Part shown: piece after piece, positions 29,365-39,498 of the stretch
How the letters are laid out: each line of letters starts with the position of its first letter
Position numbering within the stretch: the stretch's first letter is position 1
Assembly: GCA_026014745.1 (NCBI GenBank)
Contig: JAOZHS010000003.1
Span: 40,137 to 104,136, forward strand
Length of the DNA: 64,000 nucleotides
Direction: 5' to 3'
Source: Candidatus Bathyarchaeota archaeon
GTDB lineage: Archaea > Thermoproteota > Bathyarchaeia > Bathyarchaeales > Bathycorpusculaceae
Position numbers and translations under genes: made by a program
The notes under the pieces: model-generated
What the model saw: the letters and a program-made list of their open reading frames with translations, nothing else
Database searches by the model: none
What the model was told of the DNA's origin: nothing

Positions 29365-31122
29365 TTACTTTGCTTTTTGGGGGTCTTTGGGCTGTATGGG
29401 CAACTGGATTTGGATTGTGGTTCCTAAGCTGGGTACGCTTTCGGCGCGGACTGTACCGTTGTGGGCTTCAACGTTGCGTTTACAAATCGCTAACCCAAAA
29501 CCCATCCCCTTAGCCTTCGTCGTAAACAACGGTCCCCACAACTTTGAGAGCGTCTCCGCGGTCATCCCATGACCAGTGTCCTTAAACGTGAAAACCACTG
29601 ATTCCCCAATTTGCTGCGACGCAATTTCTAGTGTGCCACCTTCGGGCATGGCGTCAAAGGCGTTTTTTATGATGTTAGCAAAGCCCCGGCAGATACGGCT
29701 CTCATCCACCCGTAGCGTCGGTACGTCTTGGGTGTGGTTTTCTACAGTTACGTCTTGTGGAATTTCGTTGTAGATTAAGGCGTCTCTGACAAGGTTTCGA
29801 GGCGTGGTTGTTTTTAGGTCCAGTTGGATTTCGCTTGAATAATCAACGAGGTCAGTGATGATTTTATTCGCGTAAACAATGCTTTTATCGATGCTTTCAA
29901 ACATGGCTTCGTCTTCTTCATCAAGAATGTGGGCGTTGACGTATTTCTTTTTAAGAAAATAGGTTGCTCCCCTGATCCCTGACAACGGGTTGCGCATGTC
30001 ATGACCTAAAATACCCGCTAATTCTCCAATCGATGCCAGTCTTTCCGTGTTAAGAAGTTTCTGTTCCATCTCCTTGTGGTCAGTAATGTCATGCAACACA
30101 AAGGAAGCCCCGACGTCTTGACCGTTGCTGTCGGTAACCATCGAGCAAGAAACCATCCCCGATTTCCGTTCCCCCGCCTTTGTGGTGAAGGTTATTTCTC
30201 GGTTCTTTATTTCCCGCTTTATCTTCAAATGCGCAATAATTTCTGGCCGCGCGTTATCTTTATCCCGGACCGTAGCTTTATACAGCATTGAACTTACGGA
30301 TTGACCAAGGATTTCTTTTTCAGTATAACCGCAGAGTTCCGTGAGGGAAGGGTTGATTTTGATAATAGTGCCCTTCAGATTGACGAGTATGATGGCGTCG
30401 GGCATTGTTGAGAATACGTGTTCTGCCGCGAATTCTGACCTAAAGGTGAAAAGGCTGTATTTAGACATTGCATAGAGAACAAAAAAGGCAGTTGCGCTTC
30501 CTGCAATGTGACCAAGTACCGGAAAAGATATTCCCAAAAGGGCAATGAAGGAGTCTGTTACTATTGATGTGATTATGGGAATACAGAATCCTAGGGCTAC
30601 GAATTCAGTTTGTTTCTTGCGAGTTTTATCTAAGACATTTCTGTGATAATTGATAAAGAGAAAAACCATTAGTAAACCCAGTGTGCATGCCCACAGAGCG
30701 CCAATGGCAGACACAATTGACGACTGGAAAGGAGCTGAGTATCCCCAGGGCTCAAGCACAGGAGTTGCTGTAATCCCGCCAGCGGTCAAATCAATTAAAG
30801 AGAACACTACCGCGGGCAAATAAATGGCTAGATAACTTAGTCTATGTCTTGAAAAGTCGCTTTCTGTGAAGACCAATGTGAAGTGCAGCATTAGCGCAAC
30901 CAGAAACGGCCAAAATGAAAGAACCTTAGTCCACAAAAACGCATCAGCCACAGTGTGAGCTTGAGAGATCATTAATTGGCAAAACGCCCAATACGCATTT
31001 GCAGCCATAGTCAACAAGAAAAGTTTGTTCAGGGTGGCTTTTCGGTTGAGAAAGTACACACTTAACCCTAAAGCGATGGAGATTGCGCTGGCACATAGGG
31101 ATACTATAGCGTAGATGTTCAT
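29365..31122 (-). CDS. Membrane sensor histidine kinase (7TM + PAS + HisKA + HATPase)
   Basis: 7 N-terminal TMs, PAS 'MPDAIILVN...INPS', 'HDMRNPL', 'GMGFGL'. Confidence 0.93.
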   Translation of the reverse strand: MNIYAIVSLCASAISIALGLSVYFLNRKATLNKLFLLTMAANAYWAFCQLMISQAHTVADAFLWTKVLSFWPFLVALMLHFTLVFTESDFSRHRLSYLAIYLPAVVFSLIDLTAGGITATPVLEPWGYSAPFQSSIVSAIGALWACTLGLLMVFLFINYHRNVLDKTRKKQTEFVALGFCIPIITSIVTDSFIALLGISFPVLGHIAGSATAFFVLYAMSKYSLFTFRSEFAAEHVFSTMPDAIILVNLKGTIIKINPSLTELCGYTEKEILGQSVSSMLYKATVRDKDNARPEIIAHLKIKREIKNREITFTTKAGERKSGMVSCSMVTDSNGQDVGASFVLHDITDHKEMEQKLLNTERLASIGELAGILGHDMRNPLSGIRGATYFLKKKYVNAHILDEEDEAMFESIDKSIVYANKIITDLVDYSSEIQLDLKTTTPRNLVRDALIYNEIPQDVTVENHTQDVPTLRVDESRICRGFANIIKNAFDAMPEGGTLEIASQQIGESVVFTFKDTGHGMTAETLSKLWGPLFTTKAKGMGFGLAICKRNVEAHNGTVRAESVPSLGTTIQIQLPIQPKDPQKAK

Positions 31123-31284
31123 AGTTCTCCTCGGTTTTTAGGCAAGTTACAGGTTTAAGTGAGCACAAATTTACTGGCGGTTTTAGTCATAAAATGGTGT
31201 GTGTGAATTTTTCGGTATAGACACTTTTAGCAGAACACTAACAGCCCTCAACGTGTAAGGTGTTGCTGAATCAGCACACTTTTA

Positions 31285-32874
31285 TTGGTGACCCACAAAC
31301 TACACTTAACAACATTCACACTGGTACCACGAAGGTTACATGTTATGGTTGAACTCCGAGCGCAAGAACAACAACTCCTCACCAGCCTACAAAAATTAAA
31401 CGGCAAAGCCTCAGTCGAACAACTCATGGAAGCATGCCAATTTCCCGACGCCGCCGTTATGCGCTCTGGACTAACGCTGCAAGAAAAAAACCTGCTAACC
31501 ATACATGCCGATACCCAAAATCTCATCAAACTCACCCCCGAAGGCCAAACCTACGCCCAAAACGGTCTCCCCGAACGAAAACTGATACTGGCAACGGCAG
31601 AAATGGGCGGTTCCGCAGACCTGCGCCAAGCCGCTGAGAAGGCGGGGATTCAGCAGCAGTTTATTCAGATTGCTTTAGGCTGGGTTATACGCAAAAAATG
31701 GGCCCTCTTAAACTCCCAAACAAACACCCTAAACATCTCCGAAACTCTACTTCATCAAACCGTAATTCCCGAGGGTTGCGACGAAACACTCCTCAAATAC
31801 CTCTACAACAAAGAAACAACGGCGCTTGATGATTTAAGCAAAGACCTCAAGGACGCCGCTGAGCAGCTTAAAAAGCGTAAGCTCGTAACCATAGAACCCA
31901 AAACCAGCCGTGTACTCCAAATTACCGAAGAAGGCAAAATAGCCGCTTCTGAAGCAACCACCGCACCTCCAGAAGTCACCCAACTCACCCCAGAACTAAT
32001 AATTACAGGCAAATGGCGAAACATCCGCATCCAAAAATACAACATAGAAGCACCCGTCGCCAAAACCTACGGCGGCAAAAAACATCCCTACCTTCAATTC
32101 CTCGATGAAGTCCGCGAAAAACTTGTCCAGTTGGGTTTTCAGGAGATGACGGGAACAGCGGTGGAAACCAGCTTCTTCAACTTTGACACGCTCTACGTGC
32201 CACAGGACCATCCCGCACGGGAAGATAGCGACATTTACTACATAAAAGACCCCCCGCTCGGTGATATAAACGAACATAAAAAAGCCGCCGAACACGTCAA
32301 GACAACTCACGAGAACGGCGACGCAACAGGCTCTACGGGCTGGGGTTACAAATGGAGCCTTGACGCCGCCCGACGCCTTATCTTGCGAGGCCACGGCACA
32401 TGTCTTAGCGCCCGCACGCTCGAAGCACACCGCTACGCTGTGCCAAGCCGACACTTCAGCATAGCCCGCGTGTATCGCCCCGAAATCACCGACCGCACGC
32501 ATCTTAGCGAATTCAACCAAGTTGAAGGCATCATCATCGATCAAAACCTAAATTTAAAAGACCTCTTAGGGGTACTTGGCAAATTCGCGCGTGAAATCGC
32601 TGGTGCCGACAAAGTGCGTTTCAAACCCGACTACTTCCCATTTACTGAACCCAGCGTTGAACTCTCCGCCTACAAGGAGGGGTATGGCTGGATAGAATTT
32701 GGCGGTTCAGGCATATTCCGTCCTGAAGTCACCCAACCCTTAGGCGTTAAGGAACCCGTCATCGCGTGGGGACTAGGCGTAGACCGTCTGTTTATGATGC
32801 GCGCGGGGATAGAGGATATTCGGATGATTTTTAGCCAAGATCTTGCTTGGCTTAGGAGTAAACAGGTGACCTAA
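31285..32874 (+). CDS. pheS: Phenylalanine--tRNA ligase alpha subunit (likely start at ATG 31345)
   Basis: 'FFNFDTLYVPQDHPARE', 'THLSEFNQVEG', 'YFPFTEPS', 'AWGLGVDRL'. Confidence 0.97.
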   Translation: MVTHKLHLTTFTLVPRRLHVMVELRAQEQQLLTSLQKLNGKASVEQLMEACQFPDAAVMRSGLTLQEKNLLTIHADTQNLIKLTPEGQTYAQNGLPERKLILATAEMGGSADLRQAAEKAGIQQQFIQIALGWVIRKKWALLNSQTNTLNISETLLHQTVIPEGCDETLLKYLYNKETTALDDLSKDLKDAAEQLKKRKLVTIEPKTSRVLQITEEGKIAASEATTAPPEVTQLTPELIITGKWRNIRIQKYNIEAPVAKTYGGKKHPYLQFLDEVREKLVQLGFQEMTGTAVETSFFNFDTLYVPQDHPAREDSDIYYIKDPPLGDINEHKKAAEHVKTTHENGDATGSTGWGYKWSLDAARRLILRGHGTCLSARTLEAHRYAVPSRHFSIARVYRPEITDRTHLSEFNQVEGIIIDQNLNLKDLLGVLGKFAREIAGADKVRFKPDYFPFTEPSVELSAYKEGYGWIEFGGSGIFRPEVTQPLGVKEPVIAWGLGVDRLFMMRAGIEDIRMIFSQDLAWLRSKQVT

Positions 32875-34584
32875 ATGCCCACAATCGACGTTGACTACAA
32901 AGAACTTGAAAGCTTACTCGGCGTGCAGCTTAATGGCGACATGGAAAAACTCGACGATATCTTAGCCTTCGTGAAAGCTGAAGTGAAGGGTCATGACCCC
33001 AAAGAAGGCACCGTAACCGTAGAGATGAAAGATACCGCACGCGCCGATCTCTGGAGCGTTGAGGGACTAAGCCGCGCCCTTCAAGGTTACATCGGCAAGG
33101 CCAAAGGCATCAAACCCTACAAGGTGGGCAAATCTGTTATTGATGTTTACGTGGACGATGACCTGCACAACATTCGTCCCTTCATCTGCTGCGCCGTCGT
33201 CAAGGGCATCCATCTAAGCGACGAAGTCATCAAAGGTATCATGCACCTACAAGACAAACTTGACCAAACTCATGGTCGAAGCCGCCGCAAAACCAGCATC
33301 GGCATCTACAACCTCGACCTCATCAAACCCCCAATCCAATACAAAGCCGTCAACCCAAGCGACGTGCGGTTTGTGCCGTTGGGCTTTACTGAGCAAATGG
33401 GACTTGATGAGGTTCTGGAGCGGCATCCTAAAGGCCTCGAATACGGGCACATCGTGAAACGTAACCCGCTCTACCCAATGCTTTTTGACAGCGAAGGCAA
33501 AGTCCTCTCCTTCCCGCCTATCATTAATTCCTGCGATTTGGGCAAAATCACCGAAGACTCCCGCAACCTCCTCGTCGAAGTCACAGGTACACTGCACAAA
33601 ACTGTGCTGGACGTCCTAGACCTTGTAGTGTTGGCGCTCATAGACCGAGGCGGAGAAGCGTTTGGAGCAACCATCCACTACCCCCAAGGCAAATTCTACA
33701 CCCAAGCAACCGTGCAAACCCCAGATTTCTGCAACCGCCGATATCAACTCAGCGTACAAGAGACCAATAGTCTCCTTGGATTAGATTTGTCAGTAGAAAA
33801 AATCCGCGAGTTGCTACTGGTTGCGGGTTTAGACACCGAAAAAGTCGAGGGCGACTGCCTCAACGTCTTGGTGCCCTGTTATCGCGTCGACGTCATGCAC
33901 GCCGTGGACATAATCGAAGACGTTGCCGTCGCCTATGGCTACAACAACATCGAACCCGTCTGGCGTGAACTCGCCACTACTGGGCAGGCGAAACCCAGCC
34001 AACGCCTCATAAACGTCGCCCGTGACCTTATGGTGGGTTTGGGTTATCAAGAAACACTCAATACCACACTAACCAACCCCGAGGAGCTCTTCACAAAAAT
34101 GAACGCAGAGCCCACGCCGTTTGTTGAGTTGGCTAACCCCAAAGTCGTCACCATGACCTGCCTACGAAACAGGCTCCTACCCAGCCTCATGGAGTTTCTC
34201 AGCATTAACCAATCCGTAGAGTTTCCTCAGAAAATCTTTGAACTTAGCAAGGTCACCATACCCGACTCTGAAGCAGAGACGAGGACACGCGACGAAGACT
34301 GGCTCGCAGCCGCTACTAGCCACCCCAACGCCAACTTTACCGAAATCAAATCCGCATTGGACTCATTCATGACCAACATGGGCGTACAATGGACCATAAA
34401 AGAAAACACTGACCCCAGCTTCATAGAAGGACGTGTCGGCAAAATCCTCGTCGGCGACGTCGAAGTCGGCTTGGTTGGCGAAATCAGCCCCGCAGTGCTG
34501 GAAGCATGGAAACTAGAAAACCCCACCGCAGCCTTCGAACTAAACTTCCAAACAATCCTCAACAAAAAACAAAAACAGCCATAG
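32875..34584 (+). CDS. pheT: Phenylalanine--tRNA ligase beta subunit
   Basis: 'RADLWSVEG', 'LSFPPIIN', 'PCYRVDVMH..DIIEDVAVAYGY'. Confidence 0.97.
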   Translation: MPTIDVDYKELESLLGVQLNGDMEKLDDILAFVKAEVKGHDPKEGTVTVEMKDTARADLWSVEGLSRALQGYIGKAKGIKPYKVGKSVIDVYVDDDLHNIRPFICCAVVKGIHLSDEVIKGIMHLQDKLDQTHGRSRRKTSIGIYNLDLIKPPIQYKAVNPSDVRFVPLGFTEQMGLDEVLERHPKGLEYGHIVKRNPLYPMLFDSEGKVLSFPPIINSCDLGKITEDSRNLLVEVTGTLHKTVLDVLDLVVLALIDRGGEAFGATIHYPQGKFYTQATVQTPDFCNRRYQLSVQETNSLLGLDLSVEKIRELLLVAGLDTEKVEGDCLNVLVPCYRVDVMHAVDIIEDVAVAYGYNNIEPVWRELATTGQAKPSQRLINVARDLMVGLGYQETLNTTLTNPEELFTKMNAEPTPFVELANPKVVTMTCLRNRLLPSLMEFLSINQSVEFPQKIFELSKVTIPDSEAETRTRDEDWLAAATSHPNANFTEIKSALDSFMTNMGVQWTIKENTDPSFIEGRVGKILVGDVEVGLVGEISPAVLEAWKLENPTAAFELNFQTILNKKQKQP

Positions 34585-34595
34585 CCGACGCAGAC

Positions 34596-35393
34596 TTAGA
34601 ACCATGAGAGGGTTCCGTTTTTTCGCGCTGTTTTCAGACACCAAGCATACACCCCATACCCCAAAGGCACAATGATTGCGCATTCCAGCGCCAAAATCAG
34701 AATGTACGGCAGCACTGCGCCAATTGTTGAGCCTGTGAGCATGAGTCGTATTGAGGTGAAGAAGTAGTATTGGGGTATGATGTAGGCGATGGCTTGCAGA
34801 AAAGGCGGCATAATCTGCGGTGGAAACAGCACATTGCCAAAGAGGCTGGTGGCGAGGGTTATGAATGCGGTTACAGGGTCGCCTTGTTTGGTTACAATGA
34901 GGATACCTGCGCCTATCATGCTGAAACCGAGGAAGGTTCCGATGCCGAGCGCCAAAACAAGTAGGGTCCCCACAATGTTGACGCTTAGGTTTACTCCAAA
35001 GACCAGCACACCGATGGCAAGGTAGACTATGACGACGGCGGTGCTCCAAACGAATCCCCAAATCGAACTGCCGATGATGAATGTGGAGAGGCGCGTGGGG
35101 GAGACCAGCACCTCTTCGAGCGCCCAGGGATTAATGGTTTTCTGCACCAAAGTCAATGCCTGGTTGAGGTAGGTGCTAAACGCCACGCCGATGATGAGGT
35201 ACGTGGTGAAGTTCATGCCATACAGGTCCATAACGGTCTGGCTTGTTGCGCTGGTGCCCAAAAAGGCAAAGGACAACGCGCCGAAGAGCGCGGTTAGGAT
35301 GAGGATGGCGATGTTGGTTTTGTAGGTGGAGAAGCTAATCATGTCCCGTTTCATGAAGTACCAGATTTTTTCAAGTTCCGCCCCAAATCCCAC
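34596..35393 (-). CDS. ABC-2 type transporter permease
   Basis: 6 TMs, 'LEEVLVSP', 'FPPQIMP'; follows ATPase. Confidence 0.9.
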   Translation of the reverse strand: MGFGAELEKIWYFMKRDMISFSTYKTNIAILILTALFGALSFAFLGTSATSQTVMDLYGMNFTTYLIIGVAFSTYLNQALTLVQKTINPWALEEVLVSPTRLSTFIIGSSIWGFVWSTAVVIVYLAIGVLVFGVNLSVNIVGTLLVLALGIGTFLGFSMIGAGILIVTKQGDPVTAFITLATSLFGNVLFPPQIMPPFLQAIAYIIPQYYFFTSIRLMLTGSTIGAVLPYILILALECAIIVPLGYGVYAWCLKTARKNGTLSWF

Positions 35394-35395
35394 CT

Positions 35396-36406
35396 CTAAG
35401 ACCTCCGCGTAAGCTCGATAAATGCATCTTCAAGCGTGGGTTCAACCCGTCGAAAGTTAACAAGCTTAATTTTTTGCTCAAACAAAAACCCAAACAGCAC
35501 CGGCAACTGGTCTATGTTGCGTAGTTTGATGCGCACGCCCGTCTGGCCGGGCAGGACGTTCTCGCTATGTTCCACGAGTCCTGTCACGCCTTGAAGCCCA
35601 CTTATAGCTTCAACCTGTTGAGGTGTAACTGCCTCAAGGACGAGGAATATGCGTTCTTCTTGCTTAATTTTCTCAATTAGCGCGGCAGGGGTATCGCAGG
35701 CTATGAGGTGACCGTGGCTGAGGATGCCGATTCTGTCGCATATCTGCGCTGCTTCCTCGATGTAGTGGGTTGTGTAGAGCACGGTTTTTCCTGTTTCTTT
35801 GTTGACGGTATTCTTTACGAATTCACGTACGTTGCGGGCTGAAATGGCGTCTAAGCCAGTGGTGGGTTCGTCGAGGAGCAGAACTGCTGGGTCGGGAAGA
35901 AGCGTACGTGCCAAGGAGAGTTTTCGTTTCATGCCGCCGCTGTAGCGTTGATAGAGGTCAAAGGCGCTGTTTTCTAAGCCCACCAACTTGAGGACGTCTA
36001 GGATGCGTTCGCGGCGTCTGTGGCGGGGCACATTGTAGATGGCGGCGAAGAATTCGAGGTTACGGTACCCTGTTAGGCGCCAAAAAAACCCGCGCTCCCC
36101 GACGCTAAAAAGTGTGCCCAAAGACTGTTTGACTTTCATGGGTTGACTTTTTATGTTGTAGCCATTGATGAGGGCGGTTCCCGAGTCGGGGGGTAGGAGA
36201 GTGCAGAGCATTTTGACGAGGGTGGTTTTGCCTGCGCCGTTAGGTCCCAAGAGCCCGAAGAGTTCGCCGCGTTTGATGTTTAGGTTGAGGTTGTCTATGG
36301 CGTTTATGTGGACTGTTTTTTTGAGGTTCCAACGTGAGGCAGTGGGTGGTCTGGTTTTGTAGGTTTTGGTTAAATTGATTATTTGGATTGCGTTTACTTC
36401 CTGCAC
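35396..36406 (-). CDS. ABC transporter ATP-binding protein
   Basis: Walker A GPNGAGKT, signature YSGGM, Walker B LLLDEPT. Confidence 0.95.
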   Translation of the reverse strand: MQEVNAIQIINLTKTYKTRPPTASRWNLKKTVHINAIDNLNLNIKRGELFGLLGPNGAGKTTLVKMLCTLLPPDSGTALINGYNIKSQPMKVKQSLGTLFSVGERGFFWRLTGYRNLEFFAAIYNVPRHRRRERILDVLKLVGLENSAFDLYQRYSGGMKRKLSLARTLLPDPAVLLLDEPTTGLDAISARNVREFVKNTVNKETGKTVLYTTHYIEEAAQICDRIGILSHGHLIACDTPAALIEKIKQEERIFLVLEAVTPQQVEAISGLQGVTGLVEHSENVLPGQTGVRIKLRNIDQLPVLFGFLFEQKIKLVNFRRVEPTLEDAFIELTRRS

Positions 36407-36500
36407 GCCTACCCCTCATTTTTTTGACGGATAAATTGTGTATTTTTCATCATTTTATGCGCTTTTATGGCTCAATTAGACGCTAACTTGCTCAATAAGC

Positions 36501-37199
36501 TTGAAATATCGAGCTCTCCAAAGTATGGGTATGTTGCCAAAAGTGGTTTTGTATAATTCTGTTAGCGTAGACGGCGCAATTAAGGATTTCGACGTAGACA
36601 TTGGTTTGCATTACCAGTTGCTGGGCAAGCTGGCTGCGGATGCGTTGCTGGTGGGTTCTGACACTGCAAAAAGCGGGATTACCCTCTTTAACAAAGAGGT
36701 CCTACCTGAAGAAGCCAGCGACTTCAACAAACCCGTCAGAGCAACCGATGACACACGCCTCTTCTGGGTAATCGCTGACAGCCAAGGCAAACTCCAAGAC
36801 CTCATGCATGTCCACCGCAAATCAGGCTACGCCAAAGACATCATCGTCCTCGTCTCCAAAACCACCCCCCAAACATATCTTGATTATTTGACGGCGCGGC
36901 ACTACGACTTCATAATGGCAGGCGAAGACCATGTTGACTATCGCTTGGCGCTAGAGCAGCTAAACAGCCGTTATGGCATGGAAACGGTTATCACGGATTC
37001 TGGCGGTGCCTTATCGGGGGTTCTTTTGGAGGCAGGGCTGGTCAATGAGGTACAACTGCTGATTGCCCCCGAGATTGTTGGTAAAAAAGCTGTTAACCTG
37101 TTTAGAAACGTTAAAAACAAGGTTAAACTTAAACTGACAAAATGTTTTGTGGTCGACAAAAACCATGCTCTGCTGGTCTACACTGTGATAGGCAACTAG
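36501..37199 (+). CDS. RibD C-terminal / archaeal pyrimidine-nucleotide reductase family
   Basis: 'SVSVDG', 'ADALLVGSDT', 'DSGG.L..LLEAGLVNEVQLLIAP'. Confidence 0.85.
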   Translation: MKYRALQSMGMLPKVVLYNSVSVDGAIKDFDVDIGLHYQLLGKLAADALLVGSDTAKSGITLFNKEVLPEEASDFNKPVRATDDTRLFWVIADSQGKLQDLMHVHRKSGYAKDIIVLVSKTTPQTYLDYLTARHYDFIMAGEDHVDYRLALEQLNSRYGMETVITDSGGALSGVLLEAGLVNEVQLLIAPEIVGKKAVNLFRNVKNKVKLKLTKCFVVDKNHALLVYTVIGN

Positions 37200-37313
37200 T
37201 GAGTTGAAAATAGGCTTTTTTTTAAAATCATTTTGCCATATATTGTTTGTTTATTCGATAAGGGCTTGGGGCTGGAATTTTGAGAAAGAGTATTATGTTA
37301 CCATATCAGAATT

Positions 37314-38606
37314 GTGGGTATGGGCAAATTGCGTCTCACTCTGATTATACTTACCACATTACTCGTGGGGGTCGTTGCAGGCGATAACTTTAACGTCGGC
37401 GCCCAAGCCGAGACCGAGCCAAACGTGTACGTAGGCATCGACATATCGTATGGTGACGTCCCCGAAGCCAAAGCAATGATTGACCAAGTCAGCGGCTACA
37501 CCAACCTCTTCTGCGTCGGAACCACACGCATAACATGGTACCCCCAATCCTTAACCGACACTTTCCAATACGCTTACGACAAAGGCATGTACCTTATGAG
37601 CATACCCACAGGTTTCTTCTTTGACTCTGAGCGCCAACAATGGTATGCAAACACCAATAGCACTTTTGGCGACAAATTGCTCGGATTCTATTGGATGGAT
37701 GAGGTCGGCGGCAAACAGCTTGACAAACGAGAATCCGCGCTAACCAGCGACAACTCCAGCTTAGAAGCCGCCGCAGAAGATTTTGTGCACCAACTCTCCA
37801 TGAGGGTAGGTAACTCACAGACCGAAAAATACGGCTACAAAGCCTACACATCCGATTACGGTCTTTATTGGTTTGATTATAAAGTGTTTGACACTGTTTT
37901 TGCGGAGTTCGGCTGGAACTATAGCCGCCACATTAACATAGCTACGTGCCGAGGCGCGGCAGAAGCCCAAAACAAGGATTGGGGCATGATAATCACCTGG
38001 ACCTACACCCAACCACCATACATCGAGTCAGGAGAAGAACTCTACAATGATATGGTCTTAGCCTATGACAACGGCGCCAAATACATCCTCATCTTTGACG
38101 GCAACGAAGGCTGGACAGGGGGAATCCTGCAGCAAGAACACCTCGACGCCATCCAACGCTTCTGGACCTACCAACAAACGCATCCCCCCAAAACTACACC
38201 CAAAAGCGAACGCACAGCCTTTGTGTTGCCTAAAGATTACGGGTTTGGCTTCCGCGGACCAAACGACCACATCTGGGGACTCTGGGCACCTGACGAATTC
38301 GCATATAACATTAGCATCACCGTTAGCAACCTAATCGAGCAGTACGGCGATAAACTCGACATTATCTATGATGACGGGTTAGCAAGCGGCAACAACGGAT
38401 ACCAGCAACTCCTCTACTGGGACACCTACACCGCATCTTCGACGCCGCAGCCCACAACTGAATCCGACGAACCCCTAACAGCCAACGGACACTCTACTTT
38501 GCTTATAGTTGCTGCAGTCGTCCTCGTTTCCGCCGCCGCCCTAACTGGGGTTTTTTTGGTGTATCAAGGAAAACAAAACAAACCCAACAAACCTAAAATC
38601 GCCTAA
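37314..38606 (+). CDS. Secreted, C-terminally anchored protein, possible glycoside-hydrolase-like TIM barrel
   Basis: Signal peptide, 'GFYWMDEVGG', aromatic-rich core, C-terminal TM; fold is inference. Confidence 0.75.
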   Translation: MGMGKLRLTLIILTTLLVGVVAGDNFNVGAQAETEPNVYVGIDISYGDVPEAKAMIDQVSGYTNLFCVGTTRITWYPQSLTDTFQYAYDKGMYLMSIPTGFFFDSERQQWYANTNSTFGDKLLGFYWMDEVGGKQLDKRESALTSDNSSLEAAAEDFVHQLSMRVGNSQTEKYGYKAYTSDYGLYWFDYKVFDTVFAEFGWNYSRHINIATCRGAAEAQNKDWGMIITWTYTQPPYIESGEELYNDMVLAYDNGAKYILIFDGNEGWTGGILQQEHLDAIQRFWTYQQTHPPKTTPKSERTAFVLPKDYGFGFRGPNDHIWGLWAPDEFAYNISITVSNLIEQYGDKLDIIYDDGLASGNNGYQQLLYWDTYTASSTPQPTTESDEPLTANGHSTLLIVAAVVLVSAAALTGVFLVYQGKQNKPNKPKIA

Positions 38607-39486
38607 CGCAACATGCCACAAACTCGCCTGAGTCAGGATACTTTTTGGCAAGCGGTACCTCTAGGTACGAGCCGTATCGGTTGTGGTAGGGGGCGCCTTT
38701 GCAGGAAAACAACGTTAACACCCTGCCGCCATGGTTTAGTTGGTAGCCTCGTTGGTTTGGTTGGTGTCCCCGAATCAGCATACCTACATTCAGAGTCTCC
38801 AGAACGGTTTGGGTAACATCCGCCCCGAACAAGTGCCCAAATCCCCTAGGCGACGCCTCTATACCCCGCAGCGAATCGTCAGGGTCGCTCCAGAGCAAAT
38901 CCACCAGCATCGTACCCTTTGGGTCTGCAAGGTCTTGGATACTACGAATTTTTGGGGACACACCGCCATGCACCATCAAGTATTGTCCCTCTACCAGCAC
39001 CGCGTTTGCCAGTTCTGCCCATAGTTCCCAGAGGGCGTCGTAGGCTTGTTCCCAGTCGTCGTCAAAGTGTCGCCGAAATTCGTAGGGCAGATCATGCGGA
39101 GAAGCCATCATGCCCCTCGGGGCTTCATGGTTGCCTCGCAGCAGTACAACCTGATCAGGATATGCGACTTTGAGGCTTAGCACGATATGGTAGACTTCGG
39201 CTGAGTGTCTGCCGCGGTCGCCGTAGTCGCCCAAAAACACCATCGTTGCCTCTTTGGATTGCAGTTTTTCTGTGGCGCTGCTTTTTTGGAGAATGGTTTG
39301 GAGGCTTTTGAGGTCGCCGTGTAAGTCGCCAATCACTATGCCGCTGCCTTCTGGCTTCAACTGCACCAATCCTTTTCGGACGCCCTTTCGTTCTTTTAGG
39401 AGCTGATGCGTCACTTTCTGAGTTAGCTCTACAAAATCGGGGGTCGCCGCCGCTTTGGCTCCGCTAACAAGACTATCCACATCCAA
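38593..39486 (-). CDS. PPP-family Ser/Thr protein phosphatase
   Basis: GDLHG, GDYGDRG, RGNHE, HGG, DLLWSDP, IRGHQ motifs. Confidence 0.92.
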   Translation of the reverse strand: MDVDSLVSGAKAAATPDFVELTQKVTHQLLKERKGVRKGLVQLKPEGSGIVIGDLHGDLKSLQTILQKSSATEKLQSKEATMVFLGDYGDRGRHSAEVYHIVLSLKVAYPDQVVLLRGNHEAPRGMMASPHDLPYEFRRHFDDDWEQAYDALWELWAELANAVLVEGQYLMVHGGVSPKIRSIQDLADPKGTMLVDLLWSDPDDSLRGIEASPRGFGHLFGADVTQTVLETLNVGMLIRGHQPNQRGYQLNHGGRVLTLFSCKGAPYHNRYGSYLEVPLAKKYPDSGEFVACCVRRF

Positions 39487-39498
39487 AAATTTTGCCTC

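Noticed and set aside
24770-35061. Long antisense or alternate-frame ORFs (e.g. 24770-25270, 31996-32544, 34540-35061)
   Set aside because: Shadows of well-supported genes, favoured by the strand-biased codon usage
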